A stretch of 60,619 bases of DNA, filler included, from Sphacelaria rigidula (GCA_964200075.2; 8 parts of 8 records of this genome joined end to end with filler, not necessarily neighbours in it); one strand, 5' to 3'. Numbered from the whole stretch's first letter, positions 24,557-37,952 are shown. The notes: generated by a model not told the origin, from the letters alone. Numbers and translations: made by a program.

Positions 24557-25344
24557 ACCGACGTACTCTATAGTGGGTTGTGGTGGGGGAAACTGTTTGC
24601 GTGAGGATTTTTGTCGGGGAGCTGTGGTGGGAGCAGAGTATCTAGTCGAGGAGCGGGCTGGTATGGCGGACGGGTGCTGAGAGAAGGAAATGCTGTCAAT
24701 TTATCCTACTGCCCGACTTTGGTCCCTTGCCGCCTGTTTCACTAATTTCTGAGTGCACTGCCCGTTGAGGGTTTTTTCTTCGCTATTTATGAGCGTTGCG
24801 TTGTCATTCGAGTCTCAAGTAGGAAATGTACTCGCGTACGGTTGCGCCTCTAACCCTTGGAAGCTGAAAAATGGCGGGAATTATATCGTGGAGATGGGAT
24901 TCCAAATGTTTCTGTAGTAGAGTTAGTGTATTGTACGTCGTCTTTGCTCTGCCCGCGATATGGCGGGCTTCCGGCGGCCACGAATTTGTCACACATTTTT
25001 TGGTGGTTTTGTCTCCCTCTGAGGTAAGTGAAGAAGTGGTGACTGTGTAGTCGTGCGGTGGCGCGCCGTGGATTCAGAACATCATCACCAAACGAGAGCT
25101 GCTGTTGTCAGGCTGACGTAGGACAGTCAGCAGATAAAATACAACCGTTTACATGATGGGCGTGCGTCACCCACCTGGGTGTTGTGTGAAAATACTGTTT
25201 CCATTTTCTAGCGAGGACAAAACAGAGTGGTTCATCAACAGTTCGAGTATACTTCAAACAGGCCTGGTGACCAAATAGCTTTCAGTGTGGAAAGATAACG
25301 GCTCACCGGCAAAATGTTTTTGTAAATCCTCCCTTTCAAATCGC

Positions 25345-25402
25345 AAGGTCAAACATCTTATGACTATGGCATGCAAGATCATGAGTACACCCCCCCCCCC
25401 CC
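25345..25402 (-). mobile_element. Dispersed repeat family D (D1)
   Basis: CTTATGACTATGGCATGCAAGATCATGAGTACA + C-run is the reverse complement of 19713-19755. Confidence 0.75.
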
Positions 25403-25658
25403 CGCGATATGAGGGACTCGGTATGTCGTTGGACGAAACGAGGTTGGAGAGGTCACTTGATATTTTTGGGGGGATAGCAAGATCACGAGTACACTCCCTG
25501 CCCCCCGCTAAATGAGCTATTTCGTAGGGTCCTTGGAAGAGGAGAGTTTTGGAGGGATCGTCTGTTGTTTTTTCCTCGGACTCGAGGAGAGGTTTGGAGG
25601 GATCACCTCTTGCTTTTTCGGGGAAACGAAGCCGCGATTCGAACCTCATGTCCTCTGT

Positions 25659-25769
25659 ACAGTGTTCAGTGTCTAGCGTCCAGTGTTCAGTGTCTAGTGC
25701 TCAGTGTCTAGTGTTCAGTGTTCAGTGTTCAGTATTTAGTGTTCGGTGTTCAGTGCTTCGTGTTTAGTG
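25659..25769. repeat. 7-bp minisatellite (CAGTGTT)n
   Basis: About 15 imperfect CAGTGTT/CAGTGTC/TAGTGTT units. Confidence 0.9.
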
Positions 25770-26699
25770 AGCATCGCGGGTCATCCCTTGGTGTCGCCAT
25801 GTAAAACGGTGGAGTGTCCTCGACGGATCAACTCGCACTTTGAATAGTTGGGCAAAAAAACGGCAATGGATTCATCCAGACCCGCGATTGACGGAATTTT
25901 GTTTTGGTTATGTCTCACATATAAGGCTTTTAGGGCACAGTGCCTAACTGACTGAAGGACCGTCGCTGTCGACCGTACTCTGTACAGCATGAGCTGGGCA
26001 TCTTCGTTCGTTCCTTCCTTTTGTTCCCTTGTGGACTTTGCTCGATTTGCCTGTTTGGCGTTTCCTTCTTGTTTATATTTGTTTTTGTTACGTCTTGATC
26101 CGTTTGGTTTTCCGTGATGCGGAACAAGATGTTCTCTCCCAGCAGGCCAGGAGCCACCCTCCCCACTATTTTTTGGAAATCACCACAGGCGAGGTCTGCG
26201 AGGATGCGGATTCCTGTTTCGAGCGGGGGCACCTCCCAGACAGCATGGTTGTATAGCGATATCGACTGTAGTACCAAGGGTCCCTGCCAACTGCAGGCCA
26301 GTATCCCCCCCCCCCCTCCCCCCTCGACCCTAGGACAAGTTTACAAGTGGCGAGGGATGAGAGGTAGGGGGGTACACCCCTCACGAGAGGGGGTGTATCC
26401 CAGGACCGTAGGCTATGGCTATAGAACGTGCTGTACTGGTACTTCGAAGTAGGATCTCTATCCGACATGATGGCGTTTTTCTCAATACTGAGAGCCTCAC
26501 ACGGGGGTAGGAGAGGGGTCCCGGCCTGGAGCTAGGAGACTGCTCTGAGTCCTGGATTTCCCCTTCATTGTTTTTTTCGGGTGCCTACGGTCTGTCGACG
26601 ATGTGTGCGTACAAGTATGTAGCACTGCTTTTCCTGCTGATCCCTGATTGCCTCACCGGTATGCCGTTGCTGTTTTGTCTTTAATCCGAGCTTTCGTGT

Positions 26700-27200
26700 G
26701 TTGATGTTCTCCCCCTTCACTGGAATGATGGAGATAATTTTTCTTACATGGTTGCCAAAAAATCTCTCCTGTACTCCGAACCGCAGATCTGAATTCAAGA
26801 ATCAATGCGATGGTGAGAACAAACGACGAGAGAGCCTTATTGATCGCGCCAGGACGGGGGTACAGCTGCGTTACACAGAAGAATTGAGCATGGTACGGCT
26901 GAGGCTACAAATCAGGCTGAACTTGAGAGTGGATGATGTGGTCGGAAATAGTTTGAAGTAGAAATATCGTTAATATTGTCGAGAGAACCCCTAGCTGTAA
27001 CATAGGTACGCGCAGACACCGTGAGAATGAGACCGCGACACTCAGCGCCGAAGCTACCATATTGCTGTTGGGTGGCACGGCACACGATGTACACAGCACA
27101 AATAACCTCCGTGATGACGCACTGCAACCTGAGACGAAAGCCTTGTTTTTAGGACGCCCTGGGAGCGAGATGCCTGGACCACATCCCTCCCGGCAGAAAG
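26700..27200 (+). pseudogene. Very degenerate LINE (RTE-like) RT fragment
   Basis: Broken motifs in LINE order: RARTGVQ (cf. LARFGVP), LRVDD...FEVE, YAD, TLSAEATIL (cf. TVSEAKTEI). Confidence 0.4.
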
Positions 27201-27817
27201 ATTTACATAAATGTTTAGTCTTGTGAGCCCCCTGCTTGCATTTGTGTATGTTACTGGACAACATCCACCTCACACGCGTCATTGGAAGGTGTAAGGAGCT
27301 GCAAGAGGCAAATCAGTCAAGAGGATTGGCCCGCCAGAACAAACTCTACTGTGCATTCTTGGATGCATATGATACACCTCGTGCAAATTTGAAATTTGCC
27401 TCAAACTCAACCGATGGGACCGGATAGCCCGTGCGTACTCGGCCATCGGGGTCAACGACCCATCTGCATTCCCCGATGTTTCGGTTGATGATATTCTCCA
27501 GTGGTTCACCGTAGTCTACGTGAAGGAAAATCAAGTCGTGTCTTGTCTGTCCTATATTTCACTCCTCAGGCCTGACCCTTGCCAATATTTCTCTGTTTTT
27601 CCGATCCCTTCACCCCTGGCGTTTGACCCCCGTGCGGCAACGACTACCGAAAACCATCACGCAAACGCTGAGCCTGGACCAAACCTCATCATCTGGGGTG
27701 GCGTGTGCGTCAACCCCCCACCTTTGAATGAACAGACCCAATCGTGGAGGTTAATATTTGAAAGTGCATATCCCCACCTCCCTCCAGCATACACGTACTA
27801 TCGACAACGTAGTGGAT

Positions 27818-28084
27818 GCCACTTTCTACAATACCCCCCCAAAAAAAAATCCCCGAAAAAAGGCTGAATTGCGGAGGCAGAATCTACCCGTGAATCAAAA
27901 TGGGAAAAGCCGAGCACAACGAGCAGCTGGAAATCCCCACGCTTGGGTTTGCGTTCGCCATTGTCGCCCATCCATATTATGCGCTTCATGCAGCTTGAAT
28001 CCAAACATCAGGCGCTTCGTGTTCCTTTTCTTCGTGACAGTCTCGGGCTGGTATTGGGAGGGGGGCTATCGTAGAAAGGGTCGG
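27818..28084 (+). mobile_element. MITE family A, full copy (~270 bp)
   Basis: TIRs CACTTTCTACAATA + C-run and G-run + CTATCGTAGAAAGGG flank the core GCCGAGCACAACGAGCAGCTGG...CCAAACATCAGGCG. Confidence 0.8.
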
Positions 28085-28899
28085 ATTCGCATTACAGCTA
28101 CAAACGTCTGGTAAACACGGCCTACCGACCACGCAGTGGATAGGCGTTCGGGAAATTATTGGTGTTGTGATATAGTCGCCCAGTATAATGTGCCTCTGCA
28201 AAGGGTATGTCGACGACGCACCACATATGACTCAACTACTAGAGCTGGCCCAACTTTACCTCCTCGGGTGGCGCGTGTGTCGACTTCTCATATTTACTGA
28301 ACAAGTCGAACGCAACGGCCCGCACTGAAACCAAGTGTATACGGAAAGAAGATTACACATTGTATGCAGGTGTATGGCTGCAAGCTATGTGCGGTTTCGT
28401 CCATACTGAGTCGCTGCATGCAGCGGTTTTCACGTCTTTCGAAGTTCAAGTCGACATCATATGCAAAAATTGAATCGGCATCATTCTCGGATTGTTTCTC
28501 ATTGAATTCTGAAGCGATTTTTGTGCAAGGTTACGCACAACGTGCTCAGCCAACGAGAAGCTACGGCTTTCCCTTCAAGCCATGACCTGCGTCGTTATAC
28601 AACGCACATAACAATCTCCAGTTCTCATGTATCTTGGAAGTCGATCCACTGAGCGTGGTGTCGTAAACCGCCGAAACCCCTGTGTGCACATAGAGGTAAA
28701 TGTCCCAATTGAGGTACGCTTAAGGCACCTGACGGGAAAAACTCTCGTTTGTGGGAACCACGACACGTAGAACAATGCCCAGAGTATCCGGAGAGAGATA
28801 ATATAATTTAATATCGCCTAAGCTTTTCAAAATTGAAAAATAATGAAACCAAGTTGCAGGAGTAGATGTGAAGTATGGCTCTATTGACGTCAAAAATGC

Positions 28900-30045
28900 G
28901 GCCAAACCACCCCCTGTTTCAATTACGGTACACTTTACGCAGCACTTGATTTCTCGCCACCTTAGACGTCGTCTTAGACCTTCTCCTTTGGCACGAATGT
29001 TTATGAGATTAGTGCTGCCCGTCTTGAAGGAAAAGGAAGAGAGGAAAAAGATAGTGCGGGGATGGAACTCGCCTATCCCCTGGAATTCGGAACAGATTTC
29101 GCCATCAAGTCGGTGTTTTGCAACGCCGTACTCGACGAAAACTATATATATATATATATATTTCTTCTTCAACCCATTGAAAAACGTTTTGATAGTAATC
29201 TCTCAAAGTTGGTGCTCATCGGTTACGATTAAGGTAATCTATGAAGCACGTTGAGTGATGCTCCCTAATCACTCATTTTTCACCAGAAATCGATAATGAC
29301 TACGAAAATGGAACACCTGGGACGTTTCAGACCTTCTGTTTTGGTATAAATGTTTATGAGACTTGTAGCATCCGCTTTGAAAATAAATAAATGGTGCGGG
29401 GATGAAAATCGCCTATCCCCTAGTTTTTGGAACAAAGTTGGTCATTGTGTCTGTGATTGGCAACGCCGCACTTGACGAAAACGTGTTTTTTCTTCTTCTC
29501 CTTCATTAACCCATCGAGACACGTTTTGACAGTAATCTTCCAAAAATTGGTGTTCATGCGTTACGATTAAGGTATCATGACGCACGTTGAGTGATGCCCC
29601 CTAATCACCATAAATCGACAATGAGCACGGAAACGGAACACTCAGAGGTGAGACGTTCAAGATATTTTCGTTTGGCACAAACCTTTACGCATCGATATGC
29701 ATCACAATGCATCACTTTCCGGCACCAAAGAGGAAAAATAGTCGATTCGGGGATAAAATTGGCCTGTCCCTGGATTTTCGGAACAAATTCGAGCATTCTT
29801 CTCTGTGTTTGGTAACGCCGAAGTCGACGAACACGTTCGTAAAGCTCTATGCTTTCTGTTTGTTTTGAGCTACTCAACCAAGGGGAATTAGTTTCGACAT
29901 ATTTCTCGCAAAAGTTGTTGTTCGACGGATGTGAACGAGTTTCAATGAAACACGTTTCCTGCCCCACCCCCCCCCTCCCTCCCTCCCTACTACAACACAC
30001 AAAATATTTTTTCACCAAAATCGACCATGACTACGAGAACGGCAG
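28900..30045. repeat. Diverged tandem repeat, about 3 units of ~340-355 bp
   Basis: CGGGGAT..AA...GCCT.TCCCCT recurs near 29057, 29397 and 29748. GTTACGATTAAGGTA...GCACGTTGAGTGATGC recurs near 29222 and 29560. Confidence 0.85.
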
Positions 30046-30262
30046 ACGCAGCTCGTAAACAGCAGCGAGCACGAAACAGAGCAAGCCAAGCAGCGAAAAC
30101 TTCGGCGAATCTTTCTCGGCGATGACCTTCCACGCCCTGGTCCTTTGCGTAGTAACACCTACGGCGAAGATTTCCACGAGTGGCGGGTGTAGGGAGGGGG
30201 GGATGGGGGGGGGGGGGCACGGCACAGAGTAGTATGTCGAGTATAATCGAGTATACTCACAC

Positions 30263-30362
30263 NNNNNNNNNNNNNNNNNNNNNNNNNNNNNNNNNNNNNN
30301 NNNNNNTTAATTAATTAANNNNNNNNNNNNNNNNNNNNNNNNNNNNNNNNNNNNNNNNNNNN
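30263..30362. other. Artificial contig spacer
   Basis: 44 N + TTAATTAATTAA + 44 N. Confidence 0.99.
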
Positions 30363-30709
30363 ACGTAAAAGCTCCAAAAAGACATATTTCCGGGTTTTTA
30401 TTTTTGTCTGTTATAAGAAGCGGCCCGAATAGTGCAAAAAAGCTCTTGGAAAAAATCGACAAAATGGCGGCGATACGCGGTGGGATTTCCAAATCGACCT
30501 TATAATAACTTGGATCAGACGTACTGTACCTAGTATCATTTCAAAGTTTCAAAACGTGCAGGTGGGTATCCCGTTCACAATCCTCCTCCCACAGCTCAAC
30601 GTCACGGCACACCTTCACCAAGCAGCACCAACACCCAAATATAATTCCCTCAACTCCGGGCACAATTGAAAGCCACAACGTACAGCTCTAGGTGTACTGT
30701 TTACAGTAC

Positions 30710-30952
30710 CTGCTGCTGCTGCTGGGCGGGGGCGCCGAATGCAAAACCACCTGGTGCTGCTGCCGCTGGAGCTACTGCTGGTGCAGCGCCAAAGGTAGCC
30801 GGTGCGGCACCAAACGTAGCCGGTGCTGGTGCAGGTGTAGGTGCTGCACCTCCACCGAAAGAAAATCCCGTCGTAGCAGCTGCTGGCGCCGCACCGAACA
30901 AAGGTGCCGAAGTCGGCGCAGCCGCCGGGGCCCCGCCAAAACTGAAAGCCAT
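30710..30952 (-). CDS. First coding exon of an FG-repeat nucleoporin (Nup54/58/62-type N-terminus; exact member not assignable)
   Basis: ATG at 30952; MAFSFGG...LFG...GFSFGG...TFG...TFG...FAFG...QQQQQ, then a phase-0 GT donor at 30709-30708. Confidence 0.82.
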
Positions 30953-31652
30953 CTCAGACGGCTGAGGGAGCGCGCGCGCGCGGGGGGGGGGTGATAACTG
31001 CGATTTGTTGTTTGGATGGATTTAGATTCGGTCCGTTACACTACTTGTGTGCCTGTTCCGTTGTTATCTATCTTCCTCCTAAACCGCACTATAATCCGTA
31101 TTCGTCTTAGATTCGCACAGCCTACGCCAACAATACGTCTGTGTTTCCCTGCCTCGCGCAGATGTAAGTGCACTGCAAAGATGGCGCATACACCTTGTTT
31201 TTGTTTTTAACCATCATATTAGTGTCTAGAAAGCAGACCCGCGACTGAACAGGAGCAGATGGTGCCGCTTATGGATTTTAATCCAGAAAGTATTGACTCA
31301 ATCGTCTAGTTGCGATGTATTTCTAATTCTGAAATACACTTAGTGGATGCCTCATCTTATGTGTAGTATCAACATGATTTGCACTACTGCTGGACTTCTT
31401 GAAAAGGACAATAGATCTGGAACATGATCATCTTAATGTGTGGTCGTATTAGGGGACAACGGCACGTTTTGGAGGTTGGCATTTCGAGTCCATTCCCATC
31501 CAAAGTGAAGTGTTTGGCCGCAACTAGCTGTTCTGGTGCTCTGCAATCGAGACGACTGGTGCCAGGAACAAACTGGTGCTCTCGACTACCGAGCACCCTG
31601 GCTACATCGACCCGCGTTGTGTATCACCGGCAGCTTGCAACCTAGCCTCCAG

Positions 31653-32343
31653 AAGACACGTCCTGCACGGCGTGCTTGGCTCTTCGATGGACACATTGAG
31701 GTCGATTACAAAACAGTAACTGTCAGTCACAGCAAACGAAACCACCTGGCAACAGTAGATTTCTACACTGTGTACTCGGACCGTTCTGTGGGCCCAAGCA
31801 ACACCGGAGCGTTTTTTGGGGTCTCATTTATTGTGGAGGGTGGTGAAGCAGCAGCTTCCGGGCATTGGGAGAGCAGCCAAGCACGAGGCGACGATAGAGC
31901 AGTCAACTACACGGTATGTTTGATTGAAGAGGGGAAATATCTGTGACATGTGCAGTATAAGTAGAGGACAGTGGCCGGATCGTGTATGTGGTGTGGGTTC
32001 CACACACACACGACAGAAGGTGAACGATAATCGTTGTACACTGTATTTCATACACATGAAACTCATATTTCATCGACGGTCTCTTTCCGGTTAGACCACT
32101 ATGCGAAAACATGCTGATTTTGGTATAGGAGTAAGCTCCCTTTCATATACTCGAGAGCTTTCTTCGGGGAACAAAAGTGTGCCTATATTTATGTCCGCGT
32201 TCAAAATATCCCACTTCGAACGCATCGCACACCCCTGTCAAAAGCTCATCAAGCTGTACACCTCCCACACCCACCTCCTTCAGTCTCCGGCTGGAAGTTG
32301 TCACAGTGTCGACCTTACCTCCATTTTCTCATCATCGCTGTGA
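31653..32343 (+). CDS. Possible exons (31653-31913, 32284-32343) of an unknown protein
   Basis: CAG|KTRPARRAWLFDGHIEVDY...AVNYT|GTATGT joins in phase 0 to CAG|SPAGSCHSVDLTSIFSSSL*. No family recognised. Confidence 0.45.
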
Positions 32344-32778
32344 CCATGGCACCCAAGACCGTTGGAAAACCCTGGTTGACATCGTTAAATTCTCCAGTCT
32401 ACCCTTCTCTGCACTGTTGTACTTTGGCTTTCTGGGAGCAGAAATTATCTCAACGACGGTTTATCAATTGCGATGTGCGATTGACTCTTGAATTTCATGA
32501 TAGCTCATCTCCCATCCCTCAGAGAGCTCGCTCATGTACATATCTAGACCGTGCAAAGTGTAGGGTCTGACCAATACGATGATGAGTTTCCCCCGTTGAC
32601 TCTGCGCTCTCTTGGCGCTTTGTTTTCTCGGTACACGTGAGGCTTATGAAAAGCTGCACAACCTTTTCTTCAATTCACGAACGTTTTCACGTTCTGCTGT
32701 TGTAGGGGCTTCAGTTGTTTCCAATGCTGGCTGTTAGTTCAGTGCGGACAAACAAAAATCGCCCACGTTTTGTTTCTG

Positions 32779-34688
32779 TCACAGCAGAGGCTCTGATTCT
32801 CCCTCGTAGCCACAGCCAGTGGAGCTGACAGCAGTGCCAGCAGTAACAACTTCGGGCGGTACTACCCGATTTTTCTGGAAGCCTGATGACATGACGCCTG
32901 TCTGGTAAGCATGTTGTATGGTTGATTGAACCTAGAACATCGCGTGCGCCTTTGCCGTCTGTGTACATATGGCTCATTGCTTTCCTACGCTGCATGCGTC
33001 TCTCCGTATTTCCAGAACCTGCCTTTTCATTATTGAGATGCCCCTTTCGTGCAATGTATCCGTTTTAATCAAGGATTTGTTTTGATATCCTTGTGTCAGC
33101 GGTTTCGGGCGGCGTACCACAAGCATGTTTATCTCACATTCCTAAGTGATGACGCCAATCCAATCCGCACACGCACAGAATTTGCCCCATGGGAGGGGAG
33201 CTTGGCGGGGATATGTTGTCTTTTTACCGCGCATGTCACCCACGGTGCGGCATGTGTCGACGCGGGGAGGAGCATATATTATGTGTCACGATCTCATCTA
33301 CACGCCTCTCGCACTCTCGTAGGACAGACCGACCGGCTTAACGGTTGGCCTGTCGGAGAAGGCTGGTGGGTCTGCCGTCAGCTGTTTGTCCCCCTGCTTC
33401 CGTGTTCTGTACACCGAACGAGCGGCCCAGTACGATACCTCCCGTCGCCGCTATCTATGTACGTGTGGCCGCGTTGGCGTGGTCTTCCTTGTACACAACC
33501 TACTCTATCCCCTAAAATATTGTTGCTGTTGGTTGTAACACACAATGCTTTGATACGCCTAGAATACCCAACTGCACGATACGTAGTGTCGGTCGTGGTG
33601 TTGTATAGTACTCCGTACCCCTCGAAAATGGAAGGGGCTACACACTGCCACGATTGGTCGCGCATCACGAGACTACAGCAAGCCGTTAACGGCTACACCA
33701 AAATTCAAGAAAGTGGTCTGCTACTGTTGTAGATGCAACCCGAAACCCGCAGCAGCACGAAACACACCGAGTGGTGTGCACCCAGTGCGATTTTGCAGTT
33801 TCAACGCAACTTACGAGCATAACTGTGTTCTGTCTGCTGTGCTCATCTCGCCTTTTCACACAGAGCAGCCAGGTTGTACCCCCATGGCCGATACGTGACC
33901 CGTACAGTGTTATCTACAGTCGGCAACCCGGGCAAGATTCAAGATTTCCATGATACAGGCAGTACAGAACCGTACAAACCATTCAAGCAAGCACGATGTA
34001 CTGCACAAGTTACCGTGTACAGTATCTTCGAAAATCGCTTTGGGATGGAATAGTTGCGGATGAATGGGTCGCGGTCCGTTAACCCGTTGACCACCGGGAT
34101 AGGTCATCTGGGCCTTGTGCTCATCTCCTAAGTGAAAATGATGCCGATTCAGCAGATAACTCTCCCAGCGGAGGAAGGGTTGAAAGCCCTGACATTCTAC
34201 ATCATGGGGCCATTCACTTTTCATGCTGTGGGTGTTTTTGAAATACCATTTCCGAGGACACTGACCGCTGCATTTACCCGCCAGCGGCGCGAGTGCCTAC
34301 TGTGATGAGGGGTTCGAAATGAAACGCCAACAAGCCACATAGCCCGACGAGCAAAAAGCACGTCATTCCATCACGATACCATGCATACGGTACGGTGCAG
34401 TGAAGATCGTTCTTGAACAGGTGGGGGCATTCTTGGAAGCTTGACGCTTTCCGTCAGGCCTCTTCTCCATTTTCTACCTGAAAAGTAGAAAAATGGCGAT
34501 TTTATGGTGGAACTGTGGTACTGTTTGAACTCATACCCTACATTCCACATCCCATCATACGAAGGTATCATGGCAGCAGCGCAGGCGCTCAAAATATTAT
34601 ATATTGTACTCGCCTCCAAGAACCACACTATCTCGTCTACAGTCGAGTGCAGTCGTGTGTTTGGTATCTCGGCTGTGCGTTCAACATC
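32779..34688 (-). CDS. Last two exons (34688-34389, 32901-32779) of an unknown protein
   Basis: TGCAG|DVERTAEIP...IVWFLEASTIYNILSACAAAMIPSYDGMW...LHRT|GTATGC joins in phase 0 to CAG|TGVMSSGFQK...EGESEPLL*. Confidence 0.6.
34083..34179 (+). mobile_element. ~100-bp TTAA-type MITE family E
   Basis: TTAA-CCCGTTGACC...GTGAAAATGATGCCGATTCAGCAG...GAAGGG-TTGA. Confidence 0.7.
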
Positions 34689-35142
34689 CTGCATGAAACA
34701 AGCAGCAGCGCTGATGGTGATGGATGGCCCTCTTCCAATATCTGAAAATTGGGGGGAAGGTCATGTCCCAGCTGGGGTCTCTCTTCCCTCACTCGCGCTT
34801 AAAATCTGTAAAATATAGGCTCTGTCGTAAAATCAAGGTATGTAACTGAAAAATTGCGTGCACTTACCTCAAGCGCACACGTTGCCTGGGGATGTGTGCG
34901 TGCACGCCCTGTTTGCTTGAGAGTTCACGGTCTGAGTTCGTTACGGTCGGGGTTAGCGTTAGCGCTGCTGTGTTGTTAGGTTAGCTCATGTGAAGATCCA
35001 AGAGGCGCGCGAGACGGTGAAAATAACTCGATCACCTTGGCAAAGGAGTCACAGTCGTGCATTGTTTTTGCCGAGAGAAAAGAGGAGGCGGTGAATTGGA
35101 CGAATGGAGAAACATTTTACCACCTTGTTTTCTTCCGGTCAG

Positions 35143-35239
35143 GCCTTCGACCCCGAGGGTAGGCTATCGGGCTGTGTACTAATTTTTCACGTGAAAATGA
35201 TGCTGATTCTACGGATGACCTAGGCTCGCGGTCGAAGGG
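35143..35239 (+). mobile_element. ~100-bp TTAA-type MITE family E
   Basis: CCTTCGACC...GTGAAAATGATGCTGATTC...CGCGGTCGAAGGG-TTGA. Confidence 0.7.
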
Positions 35240-37484
35240 TTGAAGGTCCATCTGAACGGGATCGAAAAAAGAATCGAAGAGTAATCAATGGAAGCGTCAA
35301 AAAGCAACATGTTGGCTGGTCTCGGCAAATAAGACCGATGAATCTATGGTTGCGGCGATCGATCACGATCCTTTTCGACGCCATCTCTGCTCTTCGCTTC
35401 TTTTTTCTGTCTCGTTTAGATCGGGCCCTAATCGTTTGGCCGTTTGGCCGTCAGGCCGTCAGGCCACTTCTAATCATATATCGAAGAAAAAATCTTGTTG
35501 AGAAAATGCCCTTTGCGCCCGAAAAGAGGGCTGGGCGGATGCAGACACCCTGGGATGACTTGCTCTACTCACTGAGATCGTTCCAGAGCACGTTTGCGTT
35601 CTCCGTAGGTCGCAATTTTGTTTCTGGCCCAACTTGTATTTTCAATAACAAACGGTCTTGTTATAAAAAACAAGCTGTTTCCCCCCTATTTTCTGATAAG
35701 TTGGTCGTTCGGTATTGAAAATGCAAGTTCGGCCAAAAACAAAACTGCGACCCACGATAAAACCCAAGGGTGTCCTGGAAAGGTCTCAACGAGTAGAGCA
35801 ACTCATTCCAAGGTGTCAATATCCGCTTAGCCTTCTATTCGGGCGAGAAACGACGGGAAAATGCCGAAAATACACTTTTTGACAATCTTTTTTCATTCAG
35901 ACATGAGAAGTGTTGTAGCCTCATGGCAGATAATTTGTTCATTCGGCATCACTTTCACTTGAAAAGTTACTCCGTGACCCAGATGACATCCTACAGTAGT
36001 GCGAACTTGAATTTGTTTTCATTAAAATCGGAATCTTCTAGGAGACGATATGTCACCTTCACTCGAAATTCTGAGAGTCGGTAGGCGTGTGACAAAGAAT
36101 CAGGTTGTGCTCAGGGCACATTCACCTTTTTTGTGTTTGTGTTTGTGTTTGGCCGGAACAATACGGAGTAAACCCCGTTTATCGCGGGGGTGTTGTGGAC
36201 CGTATAGGATGACAGGCACATGGTTTTTCGGCGGTAGCGCAATGAATACAGAGAAAACTTCATCGAATTGTTGATTTTAACGATCCGAATCAGTTCGGCC
36301 TGTCGAAGGTATCAAAGAGCGGGAACCGTGGGCTCTACACTCGTAGGACCCAAACGACCGGTGAGCCCGTATCTTGTTCAGACGTTGGCCGTGAAAAATA
36401 TTTTGGTTCTCAAAGCTTTTTTCGGGTACTCATACCTCTCGTTTTCCAAAATTTGAAACCAAACGAACACCGTCATGTGTCGTGGTAACCCATAACCTAA
36501 CCAAGAAACGCCTTCAATCGAAGAGAGACGCTTACTTGTCGCTTATTTTACAAGCGCTCGAGTTAATGATGGCATAGTAGCTGGACCTGTGCTTAACGCC
36601 CTTTGGGCTTTTGGCCGCACTACGACCACTTCGCTTGAATATCGGCCGCACTTCGTGAGGTTCAAAGCATCCTACGAGTCGTACTCGAGCTGTGTACGCG
36701 CTCACTCTGAGAAAATCGCACTATGGTGAGATACGCGAGGGCGCCGATTGACCGTCCTACTGAAAATTGCAATTATCGAAGGAATGAATGATTCGTCTGG
36801 AAATCACTTGAATTCTAGTGTCACTGATTCGTACCGTATGAATCAATCCTGGGCGTTGTTTTCAGCGCTGCAACCCAGGTACGCACAGCCCAGGCGCGTG
36901 TAATGGCGCAGAAATTGCGTGAAGACCTTTTAGGCTTGCGGTTGACTTTCTTCTCTCTGAAGCAACCAGGCTTGAAATACCGCGGGTTGGGTGATTCGGA
37001 CAGGCGATGGTTCGTCCGAACCGTGGACAGTTTCGCACCGTGCACTTGGGGTGTGGGGCCGTACCTATGCATCGTTGTGCTTTGAAGTGATGCTGCCATG
37101 GGCGTGAGGAATCATCAAAACTGCTTTCGTTTTGAAGTTGTGGAATCAGCCTGTATGCTGTCGTATCGACCCGTTGATGTAGTATTCGTGGGGTTACGAA
37201 TGATTGTCAGGACAGGATGATTTGCGTTGAGTTTTGTCGTCCCCATCTATTCTGGACGCCAGTCTACACTCTTGTGTATATGTGGGCTCGACTGGGGTCA
37301 CACAGGAAGGCCAACACAGGAGTTTTCATTTTTTCCGTTTCTTTTTTAGAACGTTACCGTCCTTTTGTGGTGCTTGCCTATATATATTTTTTCATCACGA
37401 GAGGGTCTCAGCGGTTACTTTCCCTCGTCGACCATGTAGTCGATTTTTGCGTAACCATGTCATTGGTGAAAGAAGTCCCACCCG

Positions 37485-37580
37485 GGGGAGTTCCCCAGGT
37501 GCTCGGTGTGCTCGGCTTTTGTCATTTTTGGTCTACACTTGAATTCTGCCTCCTCAACCCGGCCATTTTTCCTGGGGGGA
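37485..37580 (-). mobile_element. MITE family A core fragment
   Basis: GTGCTCGGCTTTT...ATTCTGCCTCC is the reverse complement of the start of the core. Confidence 0.55.
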
Positions 37581-37852
37581 CTGTCGCATGATCACCCCAT
37601 TGCAAAGGTGTTCTGTATGTTCTATTCAGTACGTGGAATGATTGTTTTTGTGGGACTCGTGGCGACTCCTGATCGCCGATGACCGTCTAAGGTCGTTTCA
37701 TCGACCTCCGCGTCAACCACCCTTTATTAATCCTTCGACCGCCATCTTTCTGGGTCATACGGTTATGTTTTACGGGGGGAGGGGGGGGGGGGGGGGGGGG
37801 GGTAGGAATATCCAAAAATTAAAAAAACTCAATCAATGTTACCGGGTCCCCC

Positions 37853-37952
37853 NNNNNNNNNNNNNNNNNNNNNNNNNNNNNNNNNNNNNNNNNNNNTTAA
37901 TTAATTAANNNNNNNNNNNNNNNNNNNNNNNNNNNNNNNNNNNNNNNNNNNN
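37853..37952. other. Artificial contig spacer
   Basis: 44 N + TTAATTAATTAA + 44 N. Confidence 0.99.

Noticed and set aside
30666-30994. Plus-strand Ala/Gly- and Cys/Arg-rich ORFs
   Set aside because: Antisense to the FG-nucleoporin exon.
33049-33732. 227-aa plus-strand ORF
   Set aside because: Non-ATG start, random-looking composition, and it lies within the intron of the predicted minus-strand gene.
34945-34985. GGGTTAGCGTTAGCG telomere-like motif
   Set aside because: Only two or three degenerate units.
36821-37099. Minus-strand ORF as an upstream exon of the 34688 gene
   Set aside because: Its donor is phase 1 while the next exon starts in phase 0, and no recognisable motif is present.
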